Assembly (NCBI RefSeq): GCF_009914755.1
Contig: NC_060947.1
DNA from: the human T2T-CHM13v2.0 reference genome, Homo sapiens
Reading direction: 5' to 3' (one strand)
DNA: 64,000 nt
The stretch's first letter is position 1, and each line of letters opens with the position of its first letter. Positions 13,721 to 41,872 of this stretch are shown here, piece after piece. The translations under genes were made by a program, and so were the position numbers. The notes beneath the pieces are model-generated. The model ran no database searches and had not been told where the DNA came from. It was given only the letters and a program-made list of their open reading frames with translations.

Positions 13721-13857
13721 ACAAAGAATGTCTGTTTTATTGAGATACAGTTCCTCTACTTCCCAGAACTATTCCCTTAGAAAAAAAAAGGTAATTCAAT
13801 GAAAGATTCCAGGGGAGGGGGAACTTATGTCTATTTTCTTACTTTTAGCACTTTTTA

Positions 13858-14140
<283 letters not shown>

Positions 14141-14742
14141 AAAAGTACTTTTGTACTTTTTGAACTTTTTAAAACAAGCATGTTAATTTAATAAAAGAAA
14201 ACATAAAAACTGAAACAATGACAAGTCTCAAGACAAACTTGTGAAAGGCCAGTTCAGGCTTATACTATGCCTGAAAATAATACCACGCACTATTTTACCA
14301 TTTTCATCTTCAGGAGACACTTATTTTGAGAAACGCCATTTCTAAACCCCTTTAACGTATTCACCCCACTAATTCCAGATTTAAAACCTATCCTATCAAG
14401 TCAGACATGACTGTCTAAGGTCAGGTTATGGTGAAGGTTCAGCCTCTAATGATGCAATAACTTTCCTTTTGACTTACAGTCAACTGAAATGCCAATGTAA
14501 GTCACAGGAAAAGTACATGTGAATTTGTTTGTTTTCTATCTTAAAAAGTTTCAGATTTTTTGCCTAAAACATTACCTCCATCCTGGCTACTATAATCCTC
14601 TTTTCAAAGAACCGAACAAAACAAAGAAATGCAAACAATACTAACATCCAATTACAAAACCAGGAAATAACTACCAGTACCATTTTTTATTTTATTCCTC
14701 CACACATTGACACACACACACCTTTGCATAAAAATGGAACTG

Positions 14743-21330
<6,588 letters not shown>

Positions 21331-23252
21331 AAAAATGGAATTGAAGTATATGTAGTTTTGAAACATACTCTTATCTCTTAATACCTTTCCGTGGATATCA
21401 TTTTACATCAAATCCAAACCTTCATCATTTCTAATAGCTGCACAGTGCTTATATAGTTATACTTTATCATCTATTTAATCATTCCCTTACTTAAGAGTTT
21501 ATTAAAACATTAAGACTGCTTCCAGTTTTTATTACCAAATCTGCGAACAAGGGTTAATGAATAAAGTTTAATGTATTTCAATCACTTCTTTATATGATTA
21601 TGCCAAAAAATTCAAAGACTAAAGATAAGCATGCTTTCCATAATTTTCATTTTAACAAAGAAAAGACCGTGCAAGTAAGTTAACTGGTTTTTTAAATTGA
21701 AAATCATTTATGTAGTTCATAAGCAGGAAGGCAGAAGTCTTTCTTTCCTCCAGAGTGCTATGTAAGACATGAATAAGAGAAAAAAAAGACATAGGATTTC
21801 TGATACAAACTGTTTCTAAATCTTCCCCTTTTAAATTAATAGCAGCATACTATCAATATAAGAAACAAATAATGAAATTAAGGGGACAAAAAAGTATTTG
21901 TAACAGGATCTTCAGATTATTTCTTTGGGAAAAAACAGTTTTGCAAAGTCCAGAGCAAGTTATAAAAGTTAATAAAGAAAATTTCATCCCAATACACAAC
22001 ACAACTGGTGGAAAGGTTTTTGTTTTATCCTGTAAAAGCATGCATTTATATTAGTTGCTAGAGTAACACTATTATTGAAAACAATAGTGGAGCAGAATCT
22101 ATAATCACTAAGCCAACAGTCATCAAAATGAGATTTAAATTACATCCAAATGTGTACCTTTACTTTTCTTTGTCTAAACTTTTTTTTCCTTAAATAAGTG
22201 AAAAAGCTTATACACAGGGAAAAGCAAGGTCTATATTCTAGCTCACAATCTAAATTAGTTTAAGCTTTTAAAACGACTAGTTCAATTAATAAAACAAAAT
22301 TAATGATAAATTATAAGTTTAAGTTAATTTACTTAGAAGTTTAAAGTATTTGGCAAGCTGACAAAAATTCCCATCTAATTAATTCTGAAATTCAACCTTG
22401 AAAATAAAATATCTAAAAAAATAATCAAGGCTTTGCCTGGGGGTAAGGGAGGGGGTTTGCCACGTTTCAAAAATATTTTGCTTGCCATTACTTTCAATTT
22501 GAGTTTTGTAATATCTGGAAATAAAATCACCAGAATACTTAACTGCCACATGACCCACTCAAAAAGCTATGAAAAATTCCTTTTATTGCTTAAATAAATC
22601 TAGCTTCTTAGTAAAGAAATTTAATATTCCTGGTCAAAAAGCCTCTACTTTCAAATTTGAAGGTTCTTTCTTCCCAAACTACGCTGGAAAAAATGCAGTG
22701 AATTTGATAAGTAACTAGAGAGCTTATTGAATGAAATTCACATAACACCTTGTATCAGATTTTTTGGTCACGAGCACATAACCTTTGCCAAAGAGCATTT
22801 ATAAATATATCCAGATTCCCAAATTGTTGGTATGAATAAGATAGTGACAACTACAGAACTTATCACTTTAAATGAAAGAAAAGGCAGGCCTGCCAAAATG
22901 ACTTAGGTGGAAGGTAAAAGCCTCCTTTGATAAGAATGTTTTCTCCTTAACACTTAAAGAACTAGATACTATATTTAGCAATTTACCTTTAAAAATTGGA
23001 TATCCATTACAACTATTACATATGCCACATGCCACTGTGAGGTAGAAAGTCATCATTCTAGATTTTATATGACTGCAGTGACATTCTAGAGGTTGCAGCT
23101 TTCCAAGTATAGCCTGAATCGAAACTCAATTTTCATTCTACACAATCTTGAGTTAACATTTCACAAACATTGTTACATTCTCTAACTCAATTATAGGTAC
23201 AATGTAAAAAGGAAACAGAAGATATGAAATAGGAATGAAAGCAGCTATTTAG

Positions 23253-23757
<505 letters not shown>

Positions 23758-24484
23758 TTCAAATATATCTTAGAGAAAGAAAACATTAATAAAAGATAAG
23801 AAGTACAATAATAAAGAAGGAAATAAATAAGGCCATCTAGTAATTCTTACACTGATCAAAATCTCTCTTGCAATTTATATTCCTTTAAGGGTCCAAAATA
23901 ATAAATCTGATGTAAAAAACTTGGTCATGAAAACACTAGTAATGGAAGAGACAAAAGTGAGGTATTCACCTACTTAAACCCTTAAAAGGATCATAGCTTC
24001 AGTTTCTTGCTACTCTTACTCCAGGAGTGTTAAAAGACTTACATGTATGAATCAGTCAACCTAACCAATATAGTAACACCACTTTAGGATATTAATATAC
24101 AGATACTGTGACATTCAAATATCTATATTAATTCAGAATCATTGATCATTCCAACATATTATGTTCTTCTGAACTTTAAATGAAAATGGGGAAAAAAATT
24201 AAAGGACGTATAGCTTTGTTTCCCAGGTTTCTCTCTACAATGGATAATTTCATGAGCAGGTTGCCTGAAATGTAAACACCAATATAATCTCTGCAATCAA
24301 CTTATTTGATAAAAAGAAGATCTGTTTCAGTCTTTTGAATTTCAGAGGTAAATTTAATGGAATGATTTAAATTATATATACTTACACACACACACACGCA
24401 CGTGCACACACACCAAAAAAAGGTGGTAACTTTGTCAACTGGGAGGCTTTAGGTGTAGTGATTAAGATCACAGGCTCTGGAATA

Positions 24485-24680
24485 CTGCTCTCTAATAGTA
24501 CTCTCTGCAACGATGGAAATGTTCTGTGTTTGCACTATCCAAGACAGTAGCTACAAGCCACATGTGACTACTGAGTATCTGAAGTGTGACTAATGTGATG
24601 GAGAAACTGATTTTTTAACTTAATTTTAATGTAAATGTAAGTAGCCATATGGAGCTAGTGGCTCTTGTATTGAACAGTGA
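24485..24680. mobile_element. MER3 (hAT-Charlie MITE) inserted in a MIR
   Basis: gatggaaatgttct...agccacatgtg...agccatatggagctagtggct...tattgaacagtg resembles MER3. MIR sequence lies on both sides (~24450-24482 and ~24683-24855). Confidence 0.8.
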
Positions 24681-24857
24681 GTCTCAAGCAGATTTTAATC
24701 CTAGTTCCACCACTTATTAGCCCTTTGTCCTTGAGCAAGTTAACTTGCTGAACCCTCAGTCTTCTGGTATATAAAATGGGCTACTAAGCATCTACTTCAT
24801 GGGATTATTGTGGAGATTAAATACTACACATGAAGTGCTGAGTACAGTGCCTGGTTT

Positions 24858-25010
24858 ACCAATGACCTTTGTGTCACTAAATCTAATTGGTCAATTATCA
24901 GACCTGATCCTATCTTACTCATCAGTAACATGTGACAGAATTTAATCACTCTCTTCATCAAAATACTCTCTTCTCTTGGCTGGCTTCTGGGAGAACTCTA
25001 CTGGTGTTAT
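24858..25010. mobile_element. L2 fragment
   Basis: accaatgacc...aaatctaattggtcaa...cactctcttc...ctcttctcttggc L2 ORF2-like sequence. Confidence 0.55.
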
Positions 25011-25096
25011 TTACCACTTTCTATTATTTCTAACACCTTTTCTAATAGTGTGAAAGCTGACCCTCACCTTAAAAAGAAAAAAAAAGAAAGAAAAGA

Positions 25097-25223
25097 GCCT
25101 GGCATGGTGGTGCACGCCTGTAGATTCAGCAACTTGGGAGGCTGAAGCGGGAGGATTGCTTGGGCTGAGGAGTTCAAGACCAGCCTGGGCAACATAGTGA
25201 GACTCTATCTCTTAAAAAAAAAA
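25097..25223 (+). mobile_element. FLAM/Alu monomer
   Basis: Single monomer with A-tail. Confidence 0.85.
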
Positions 25224-25420
25224 CATATTTCTATACAGAGGTGTTTTACACCCTAACCAAGTTTTTCTAATAAAAAATTGAGATGTTTGACAGGACAAAT
25301 TATCTGATATTGGAGTTGTCCAAGAAAATCCTAGACATATGGCTGTCATAACTTTGGAAAGACCAATAGTTATTACCTGTCCTGAATATATATATATGTA
25401 TTTTTAAAAACTTAGCAGAT

Positions 25421-25770
25421 ACACAATAGCAAAGTCACGGAATCAGCCTAAGTGTCCACCAATGGATGACTGGATAAAGAAAATGTGGTATGTGCATGTT
25501 CTCACTTATAAGTGGGAGCTGAATGATGAGAACACATGAACACGTTGAAGGGAACAACACACGCTAGGGACTGTCGGGGTGAGGGTTGAGGGGAGGGAGA
25601 GCATCAGGAAGAATAGCTAATAGATGCTGGGCTTAATACTTAGGTGTTGAGGTGATCTGTACAGCAAACCACCATGGCACACGTTTACCCATGTAAATCT
25701 GCACATCTTGCACATGTGCCCCCGAACTTAAAAGCTGAAGGATAAAAAAGGAAATGTGTGTATACACACA

Positions 25771-25810
<40 letters not shown>

Positions 25811-26190
25811 ATGGAATACTACTCAGACATAAAAATAAATGAAATCATGTCTTTTGCCACAACATTGATGGAACTAGAGAGGCCATTATCTTAAGGAAAT
25901 AACTCAGAAATACAAAGTCAAATACTACATATTCTCACTTATAAGTGGGGGCTAAACAATGTGCACACAGGGACAAACAGAATGGAATAATAGACACTAG
26001 AGACTCCAAAAGGTGGGAGGGTAGGAGGGAGATGAGGGATAAGAAATTACGTATTGTGTACAATTAACACTATTCAGGTGATGGTTACGCTAAAAACCCA
26101 GACTTCACCACTGTGCAATATATCTGTTTAAAAACAATGCACTTGTACTCCCTAAATCTATAAAAATAAAGAAATTTTTAAATTAAAAAA
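25421..26190 (+). mobile_element. L1PB-like 3' end containing a nested short L1PA 3' end (~25495-25750) and a (CA)n
   Basis: Two successive L1 3'UTRs. The inner one is flanked by aagaaaatgtggtat / aaggaaatgtgtgtat; (CA)n at ~25764-25809. Confidence 0.82.
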
Positions 26191-26363
26191 GTTAGCTGAT
26201 GCATAAAGAACACCTCTCATTACCTAAAATGAAAAACACAGTAGCCTGAGCAATTGTGAGGATCAAATAATGTTGGAACTATAAGAAACTTTGGAAGTAA
26301 GTTAATTTGCTGCTCTTACTTTACCAGAGACTGAGGCGCAGACATTAAGTGATTTGTTAGTAA

Positions 26364-26735
<372 letters not shown>

Positions 26736-27142
26736 ACTTTGCTCCTTAATAGTTGGGCGATCCTTTACTACAAAGGAATAATATCATCTATAGCTCAGAG
26801 CTATTGTAAGGAGTAAATGAGACAATGTATTTAAAAGTAGATAGTATAAGCACTCAATATATATATTACTCCCTTTCCCATACTGGTTTTTAAAAAAATA
26901 TTAACCCCTTTTTACATGTCATTCCTAAGACATTCTTGCCAAAAATGTATGTCATAAATCTAATCAAGCCTTTACATCTAATTTCTGATTTCTAGTGTAC
27001 AGGATATATAAGAGGTAGAACATATAAGAGGTAGAATAAGTTCAAACACCGCCAGGAAATAATCAAACAAATCCAGAATGGAGGGTGAGAAAATGAATAC
27101 GCTAAAAAAAAAAAGAGACATAACAAACAGAAACGACCACCA

Positions 27143-31500
<4,358 letters not shown>

Positions 31501-31953
31501 AATATATATATATATATTGGACACAAGCGGGGTAATCAAAATATGGATGTGTTATGAGATGGTGTTAGGGAATTAGGAAGTTATTCATTTTATGGTATTG
31601 TAATTATATAAGAAATGTCTTACTATTTCAAAGATGTATTATATACTGAAGTATTTACAAGTGAAATGCCATATACTTGTAATTTAAAAGATTTCAGAAA
31701 AATAGATGAGGCAAATGTGGCAAAACAATAATTGGTAAATCTAGCGGATGGGTATATGAATATATTTTTCTGGTTTGAATATGTTCACAATGGGAATTTT
31801 TGAAAATTAATTAACAATTTTTTTCATATTTTCCTTGCAACAAGAGAGACAGAAAACATTAGAATATATGGCAGAATCCTGGGACAGCTCAAACTCTAAA
31901 AGAGAGGGTCAGTACCCTTCCCCCTTCTGATTAGCTCTATAATCTAGCTTTTC

Positions 31954-32605
31954 TTTTTCTTTTTTTTTATTATTATACTTTAAGTTTTAGCGTACATGTG
32001 CACATTGTGCAGGTTAGTTACATATGTATACGTGTGCCATGCTGGTGCGCTGCACCCACTAACTCGTCATCTAGCATTAGGTATATCTCCCAATGCTATC
32101 CCTCCCCCCTCCCTCCACCCCACAACAGTCCCCAGAGTGTGATATTCCCCTTCCTGTGTCCATGTGATCTCATTGTTCAATTTCCACCTATGAGTGAGAA
32201 TATGCGGTGTCTGGTTTTTTGTTCTTGCGATAGTTTACTGAGAATGATGATTTCCAATTTCACCCATGTCCCTACAAAGGACATGAACTCATCATTTTTT
32301 ATGGCTGCATAGTATTCCATGGTGTATATGTGCCACATTTTCTTAATCCAGTCCATCATTGTTGGACATTTGGGTTGGTTCCAAGTCTTTGCTATCGTGA
32401 ATAAACCTACTCATCTGACAAAGGGCTAATATCCAGAATCTACAATGAACTCAAACAAATTTACAAGAAAAAAACAAACAACCCCATCAAAAAGTGGGCA
32501 AAGGACATGAACAGACACTTCTCAAAAGAAGACATTTATGCAGCCAAAAAACACATGAAAAAATGCTCATCATCACTGGCCATCAGAGAAATGCAAATCA
32601 AAACC
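31954..32605 (-). mobile_element. Young L1PA2-like insertion with 5' inversion
   Basis: Minus-strand 3'UTR carries the GAG diagnostic (gatgacGAGttagtggg). Orientation flips at ~32404. 15-bp TSD ataatctagcttttc at 31939-31953 and 32606-32620. Confidence 0.93.
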
Positions 32606-33944
32606 ATAATCTAGCTTTTCAAAAGAGTATATTCGAAAGTTGGGATCTGGAAACTTAGCCATCTGTAGATTTGTTTAAAGCTAAACTGAATGCATGGCTG
32701 CATACCAGCACTGTTCTAAGAACTTCATTTAATTTTTCATAATAACTCTATGAAGCACATATAATCATCATCCCCATATTATGGACGAAACTACTCCCAT
32801 GGCAAACCAGCATGAGCTGCTAGCTCCTGCCCTCAAAACCAACTCTGCAGAAACTATAGAAGGGAAAAGGCAATATGAATTCCAGAAACTTATAGACAAT
32901 GTGTGCATATGTGCATGTACACACACACAGACATCCCTGGGGTAACAACTGGCATCATATTTTATCTAAAACATAGTTACTGAAACAGATGAAATAAAGG
33001 AAGATATTACCAATATGGAATTCAAACAAATTTAAGAGTCTAAATGAAATATTAGGAAAAAAAAATAACAGTTGAAAAAATAACTCAGTATAAACAGCAA
33101 GTGGGGTACAGTTGAATATCTTAGTGAATTAGGAGATAAGACTGAGATACTCTTCCAGAAGATAGTAAGAAAGAATAAAGAAATAGGAATGCAAAAGAAA
33201 AGCTAAAAGATATGGAGGCTAGAAGAGCAGGCATTCAGATAGTAACAGTCTCAGAAAGAGACAAAAATAAAAATGCAAAGGATGATATTTTTGAAGAACT
33301 AATGGACATACATTTCTCAGAAGTATAATGAAAAAACTGAGGCATAGAAGTCAGATATTTTGACTAAGATAAAGATTCAAACCCTGGTCTTGCCCCAGGA
33401 CCCCTGTCCTTAACCACTCTGCTACACTGACTTAGGGCTAAGGATCAGTAAGTTCAGCACCAAAGACAATCAAGGAGGACTAGGATCAGCTCTGACACTG
33501 TAAGATTGTGTAGTAACTAGATGAAATCCATACCCTCCCCAATATTATACACCTTGATAACACTGTGCCTTTCCATAAACCCACAGTATTGATTAAAACG
33601 GTGTAAAGTCATATCAAACCTCAATTTACTTCTCCGCAAGCTTAATCATATAGAATATTAATGTCAGGATAGTATAGTGTAATGGTTAAAGAGTGTGGAG
33701 TCTGGAGTCACAGCACTGAGTTCAAGCCCCGGTGCCACCACTTTCCATGCCATAATTTCATCAGAAAATAGAAAAAATTGTACCTGCTTTGTAAGGATTA
33801 AATAAGGTAATGCTAGTAAAATCCTTAGCACAGTTCCTGGCATAAACATTGCTCAATAAAGCTTAGATACTGTTTGTTTTTTTAATTCAAAGGTTTAGCT
33901 GATAACTATTGTAAAGGCAAATTATACTACTACATACCTTGTAC

Positions 33945-34372
33945 ACACAAGAGTGGTAGACCTTGTCAAAAATAGATTCCCAAGGCCTACCTCCAGAAAT
34001 TCTGATTCAGTAGGTCTTAGATGAAGCCAGGAATCTGCATTTTTTTTTTTTTGAGACAGGGTCTCACTCTGTCACCCAGGCTGGAGTGTAGTGGTACAAA
34101 CTTGCTCACTGCAGCCTCGACCTCCTAGGTTCAAGGGATCCTCCCAACTCAGTCTCCAAAACAGCTGAGACTACAGGTGCATGCCACCAAGCCTGGCTAA
34201 TTTTTTGTAGAGACAGAGTCTTGCCACGTTGACCAGGCTGATCCTGAACTCCTGGATTCAAGCAATCCTCCCACCTTGGCCTCCCAAAGTGCTGAGATTA
34301 GAGGTGTGTGCCACTGTGTCCGACTAGGAATCTGCATTTTTAATCAAGCCACCAGGTGATTCTCCAAGAAGT
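33945..34372. mobile_element. MER5A-like DNA transposon split by an AluJ (34040-34325, minus)
   Basis: ttctgattcagtaggtct...aggaatctgcatttt...ccaggtgattct; the Alu TSD is aggaatctgcattttt. Confidence 0.8.
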
Positions 34373-36643
34373 ACACACAAGGAAAAACACTATTTCAAAG
34401 GCATGTCAACTATTGCCTCACAACATTTAGCTTGCAATTTTAGCACAAAAATTCATTTGTTCACATAGCACATTTTTATTGAATACTTGCTATGTGCTAT
34501 ATTATGTATTATGCCAGGTATTGGGGATAGAGTGATGAAGATGCATTAATATAGTTCTTGCCTTCCTAGGCTAATAGGAAGTTCATATTCTAGAGAGAAT
34601 AGATATTTTAATTTGCCTATAAAGTAAAAAAGCTTACCATTTAATTCATTTATTAAATGAGCATTTATTAAATGCAAACCTGGTATTTTAAATTTCAGGA
34701 TTTCTATGACCTTAAGCAGCAAATATTTCTAGTACTTCCAACTCTCCATAAGGAGACACTTTTTAAAGTCTATCCTAAACTCTCCCCAATAGAATCTTGC
34801 ATACCATCCCCAACTCTGCCCTCCACCCCAACACTGCCAGCAAGGCTGCCTTATCTACATTGATGTTTCCATGGACAATTATTTATAAGACAGCTTGCCA
34901 GCGTTAGGGAGGCTGCCATCTCAGGGTATCATTGGCTCCATGGTTTCTGTAACCCAAATGTTTTCCCTAAAAGACTTGGTAAATGGCTCCTTAATAGTTT
35001 TTCTTGTGTCATAAGGTGGTACAATAAAAAATAAGACAAAACAGCACTATAAATAAAGTATGGTCAGTCTGTTAACAAGTATTTATTGTGTAGTTTGTGG
35101 AGGGAAAATAGAAGCATCTCTTTACTTTGGAAAATTACTACAGAAGCATCAGCTGGCTATAAGGTAGACTTTATTCTAAAGTTGCTTATATTATTTAAGA
35201 AAAAAAACCCCTTTCAATGTTCTTTGTCAACTGCATGCTAACTTTATTGAAAGTGAAGATCAATATCTAATATATTCCTTCCTGATTACAACTGATCTCT
35301 GGGGGAATGCAAGCCTCAAATACCTATGTCTTCTGCAGCTTAGCTGAGATGATCTCCTCTGGCTCCTAAATGTTTTTAGTTTTCTACTGGTCTGTCATAT
35401 ATCAAGCTTAATTTTCTACTCAGGATCAGGACCTCACATGACTCCTCTGAAATTCCAAAAATGTAAGTCCATAAGTATTTCAGAGAAATGAACCTACTAT
35501 AATGGTAATATTAATAACAATTATGGAAACAAAAACAGCAGCTAACATTTGAACACTTACTATGTGCTAGGTAGTATGTTTACATGAATTACCTCCTTTG
35601 TGAGAGAAGTACTGGCACTATTCTTATTTTCTTCAGAAAAATGAGGCTTAGAAAGCTTACATGGTTTGCCTAAGATTACATCTGAAAAGGGTGGTTGGCA
35701 AGTTATTTAGGAGAGGGCTTAAACAAGCTGCTCTTTTTACTTGGCATCAATCACCCCAACAAAAAACGAATAGGACACTTTTGTAATCTGCAAAGAAATG
35801 GTAGAATTCAAACAATTTTTCTGATGCCCGTTATTTTTTCTGGTGGTCTATTCATATCCAGATGAATAACAATCATTTTATACTAGTAAATACAAAGATA
35901 GGAATAATATTCAAACTTGTTTTATTAAACAAAAAAATCCAAAACCTGTGATTAAAAAAAAGGCAAAGAAGTAGGAGACAATGACATCAAACCTTATATA
36001 TGCTTCAATTATGAGCATGGCTTCCTAGAAGAATATGACAACAAATATTAGGTTCACATACCACCATGTGGTTCATACCCCATAGGCTACTAACACTTGC
36101 TCTACAATTAAATGTGTTATTTTGAACCTTTATTCTCAAAAGTAAATGTAGGCAGGTTACCAGAAAGTTCCTGAAATAAGTGGATTAGCTATTTCATACT
36201 TTACATCAAATTATTTTAATGGAATGTATTTCACACTGGTATTAAGAATGACTAAGGTGAAACCTTATATTACCATCTGCCGGCTAATAAAACTGTACAA
36301 TAACATCTCTGTTCAGTAAATTATGCTTTGAAGTATTAAAGTTTGAATACAGGACTAAAGAAAGGGGAGAACACTGCACACAAATTCAGCGTAGAGAAAA
36401 CAAACCTAAAGCCTCACTTAAGATACTTTAATTTAAATCCCCATTTTGTTCTCCCTGTAATCATCAAGTAGTTCACATTTAAAAAGACATACGTAGTCCA
36501 GTGCTGGAAAAGGGAAGTATAAAAACATTTCTATGCCAGTTTTATTGGCTTTTGTTTTCTTAATAAAAGGTACAGAGTAGGCTGTGTATACTGTACTTAA
36601 GAGGAACAAAACACCCACTTAAGCATATTATAAAATATAACCT

Positions 36644-36937
36644 TGGCTGCAGGTGGTGACTCATGCCTGTAATCCCAGCACTTTAGGAGACCGAGGTGGG
36701 TCGATCACTTGAGGCCAGGAGTTCGAGACCAGCCTGGCCAACATGGAGAAAGCCCATCTCTATGAAAAATACAAAAATTAGCCAGGCGTGGTGGCGCATG
36801 CCTGTAATCCCAGCTACTCAGGTGGCTGAGGCACGAGAATCACTTGAACCCCAGAGGCGGAGGTTGCAGTGAACTGAGATTGCAGCACTGCACTCCATCC
36901 TGGGTGACAGAGTGAGACTGTCTCAAAATAAAATAAA
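36644..36937 (+). mobile_element. AluS-like
   Basis: Alu dimer; imperfect TSD aaaatataaccttg / aaaacatgaccttg. Confidence 0.92.
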
Positions 36938-37379
36938 ACATGACCTTGACCAAAATTTTCATCTCTGATATCTGTATAATTAATAAGTTTATTACCAGAA
37001 AAGGTACTTTCTCTAACATAATTTACATAAATGTTAACAGGTTAGCTATCAATTTAACATTTACATAAACGTTAACAGAGGTTAGCTATTAATTTAACAT
37101 TTTAAACACAAGCCATTAAGAATAAGTTAACAAATCGGTATTGCTAGAAACTTGTGTTAAACTACTTATAAGTCTAGATCATGCTACAGTTTCAAAATGG
37201 CTGAGAAACATTATCCTGAACAACTAAAAAGATGCACAGATACTTGGTAGAGATGATTCAGGAGGCCCTTAAATCAACTTATTAAAAAATAGGTTCACAG
37301 GACGTCAAGGCTATTATATTTCCAAAAGGGAAAAGCAGCAACAGTAAGAATCCAATGAGGGGATTTAAAATAATAAAGT

Positions 37380-37545
37380 GGACAGGCATAGTGGCTCATG
37401 CCTGTAATCCTAACACTTTGGGAGGCCAAGGCAGGAGGATCACATGATGCCAGGAGTTCAGGACCAGCCTAGGCAATAGAACGAGACCTTGTCTCAAAAA
37501 TGAAATGAAATGAAATGAAATGAAATGAAATAAAATAAAATAAAA
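37380..37545 (+). mobile_element. FLAM with (AAATG)n(AAAAT)n tail
   Basis: Monomer; TSD aaaataataaagt. Confidence 0.85.
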
Positions 37546-37787
37546 ATAATAAAGTAATGAGTAGAGTGGTGAATGAAGCTAAGATAGCAAATTAAGAATC
37601 TAACTGAAGATATAAATTAAAGCTCGAATTCTCTTCCTTCCACAAACCCACTGTGACAGACTAACCAATCTTCATCTCAATTTTACTGCTTGAAAAGTAA
37701 GTCTAATTCCAACACTGCTTTTCAATGATATATGGATCACTAAGGAACACTATAAAGACAACTAGAATTTCAAAAAAGTCTAGATAA

Positions 37788-40161
<2,374 letters not shown>

Positions 40162-40809
40162 AAAAGTGCCAAGCATTGCATTATTCACTAAGGATACTGA
40201 AGGAAGCACAGAATGCAGTTCTTGCCTTTAAAGAGGTACAAAGACAAGAAAAATAGTCAGGTGGCTAATTAAGTCTGAGGTATTAAATCAAATTAGAAGT
40301 AGAGAAGTAAAAACTGAACAAGAAGAGAAATGGAGGAACAGGAATTAAGTAATAATGACCTAAGGAGGAAGTGATGAAGCAGAAAGAGATACAGTAATCA
40401 CATATCAAGTAAGTTAAAAAGAAGTGCTTTCGGGACTACCAAAAGACAAAAAAACCTCATAAAAGCATGGAATTTAATTATTACTTAGATAACAGCAATT
40501 GAAAGGATGAAAATGTATCATTTTTAGCAGTCTTTCATCTTAAAAATCATGGACAAGAAGGAAGGTGTTTGCAATTGTACTATAATAACAGGAACCAACT
40601 TCAAAATACCTTGAATAAAAGCAGCTTCAAATACCAAAAAATCCATCACCATGAATATCCAAACGTACCAAGAAATCCCTCGCCATGAATATCAAAACGT
40701 ACCCATTTCAGATGACCAGTTTTCAAATTCTATTAAACTAGTGGAAATCTTACATGAAATTCTAATTATAAATCAAGGGAACATTAATAATTACTGAGTA
40801 TCTATATTA

Positions 40810-41532
40810 TGCCCAGTACTTCTCTGTCTCCACTGCTAACATCTCATATCAGGCCTGTATTACCTCTCCCACCTGAATCATTTTAGTAGCATCCTAACAA
40901 GTATCTTAATATCCATTTTCTTTTCTCTGATCCATCCTCCACACTGATACATAAAATGATTTTTTTCTAAAATGAAAATGTGACGGTAGTCTCTTGCTTA
41001 AAATTGTTAAATAGATACCACAACCTATAACACAACTTACAAACTAATTTCTATGATTTGATTCCCACCTACCTTTCCAGTCTTTACTTTTACCTCTTCC
41101 CACACTCACCCTTACTCTACCAGTATCTCCTTATACTCTTATTTATTTTTAACTACTTGAGGTTCTTCAAACTTATCATGCCATGTTATGCATGTGCTTC
41201 TTTTTTTCTATTCCCCATCTTGAAAGGCCTTTTGCTCTTCTGCCGTCTTAGCAATGCAAACAGTTACCCAGTTCTACTTTCAACATCTGTTCAAGCACAT
41301 CAATATCCATCCCAAACTTTCCAAGAAAGAAATGAATATTCCTTCCTTGGCACCTGCACAGATTTCTATTATAGGATCTGTAACTCTTACTATATTACTT
41401 GCTTAAGGTAAGCTTTTAAGACTATAGCTTCTTGGGAACAGAATCCTAGACTTATTTATGAGTGTATCCTTAGAGACCAGTACAATTGGCATATCATAGG
41501 CACCCCAAAAAGTTTAAATCAATGAATGAATA
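40810..41532. mobile_element. Degenerate L2 3' region
   Basis: L2-like pyrimidine-rich body ending ggcatatcataggcac...aatgaatgaa. Confidence 0.55.
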
Positions 41533-41536
41533 ACTA

Positions 41537-41872
<336 letters not shown>

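Noticed and set aside
27006-27036. 16-bp tandem duplication atataagaggtagaa(c); similar micro-duplication at ~2315-2343
   Set aside because: Ordinary slippage events with no functional cue.
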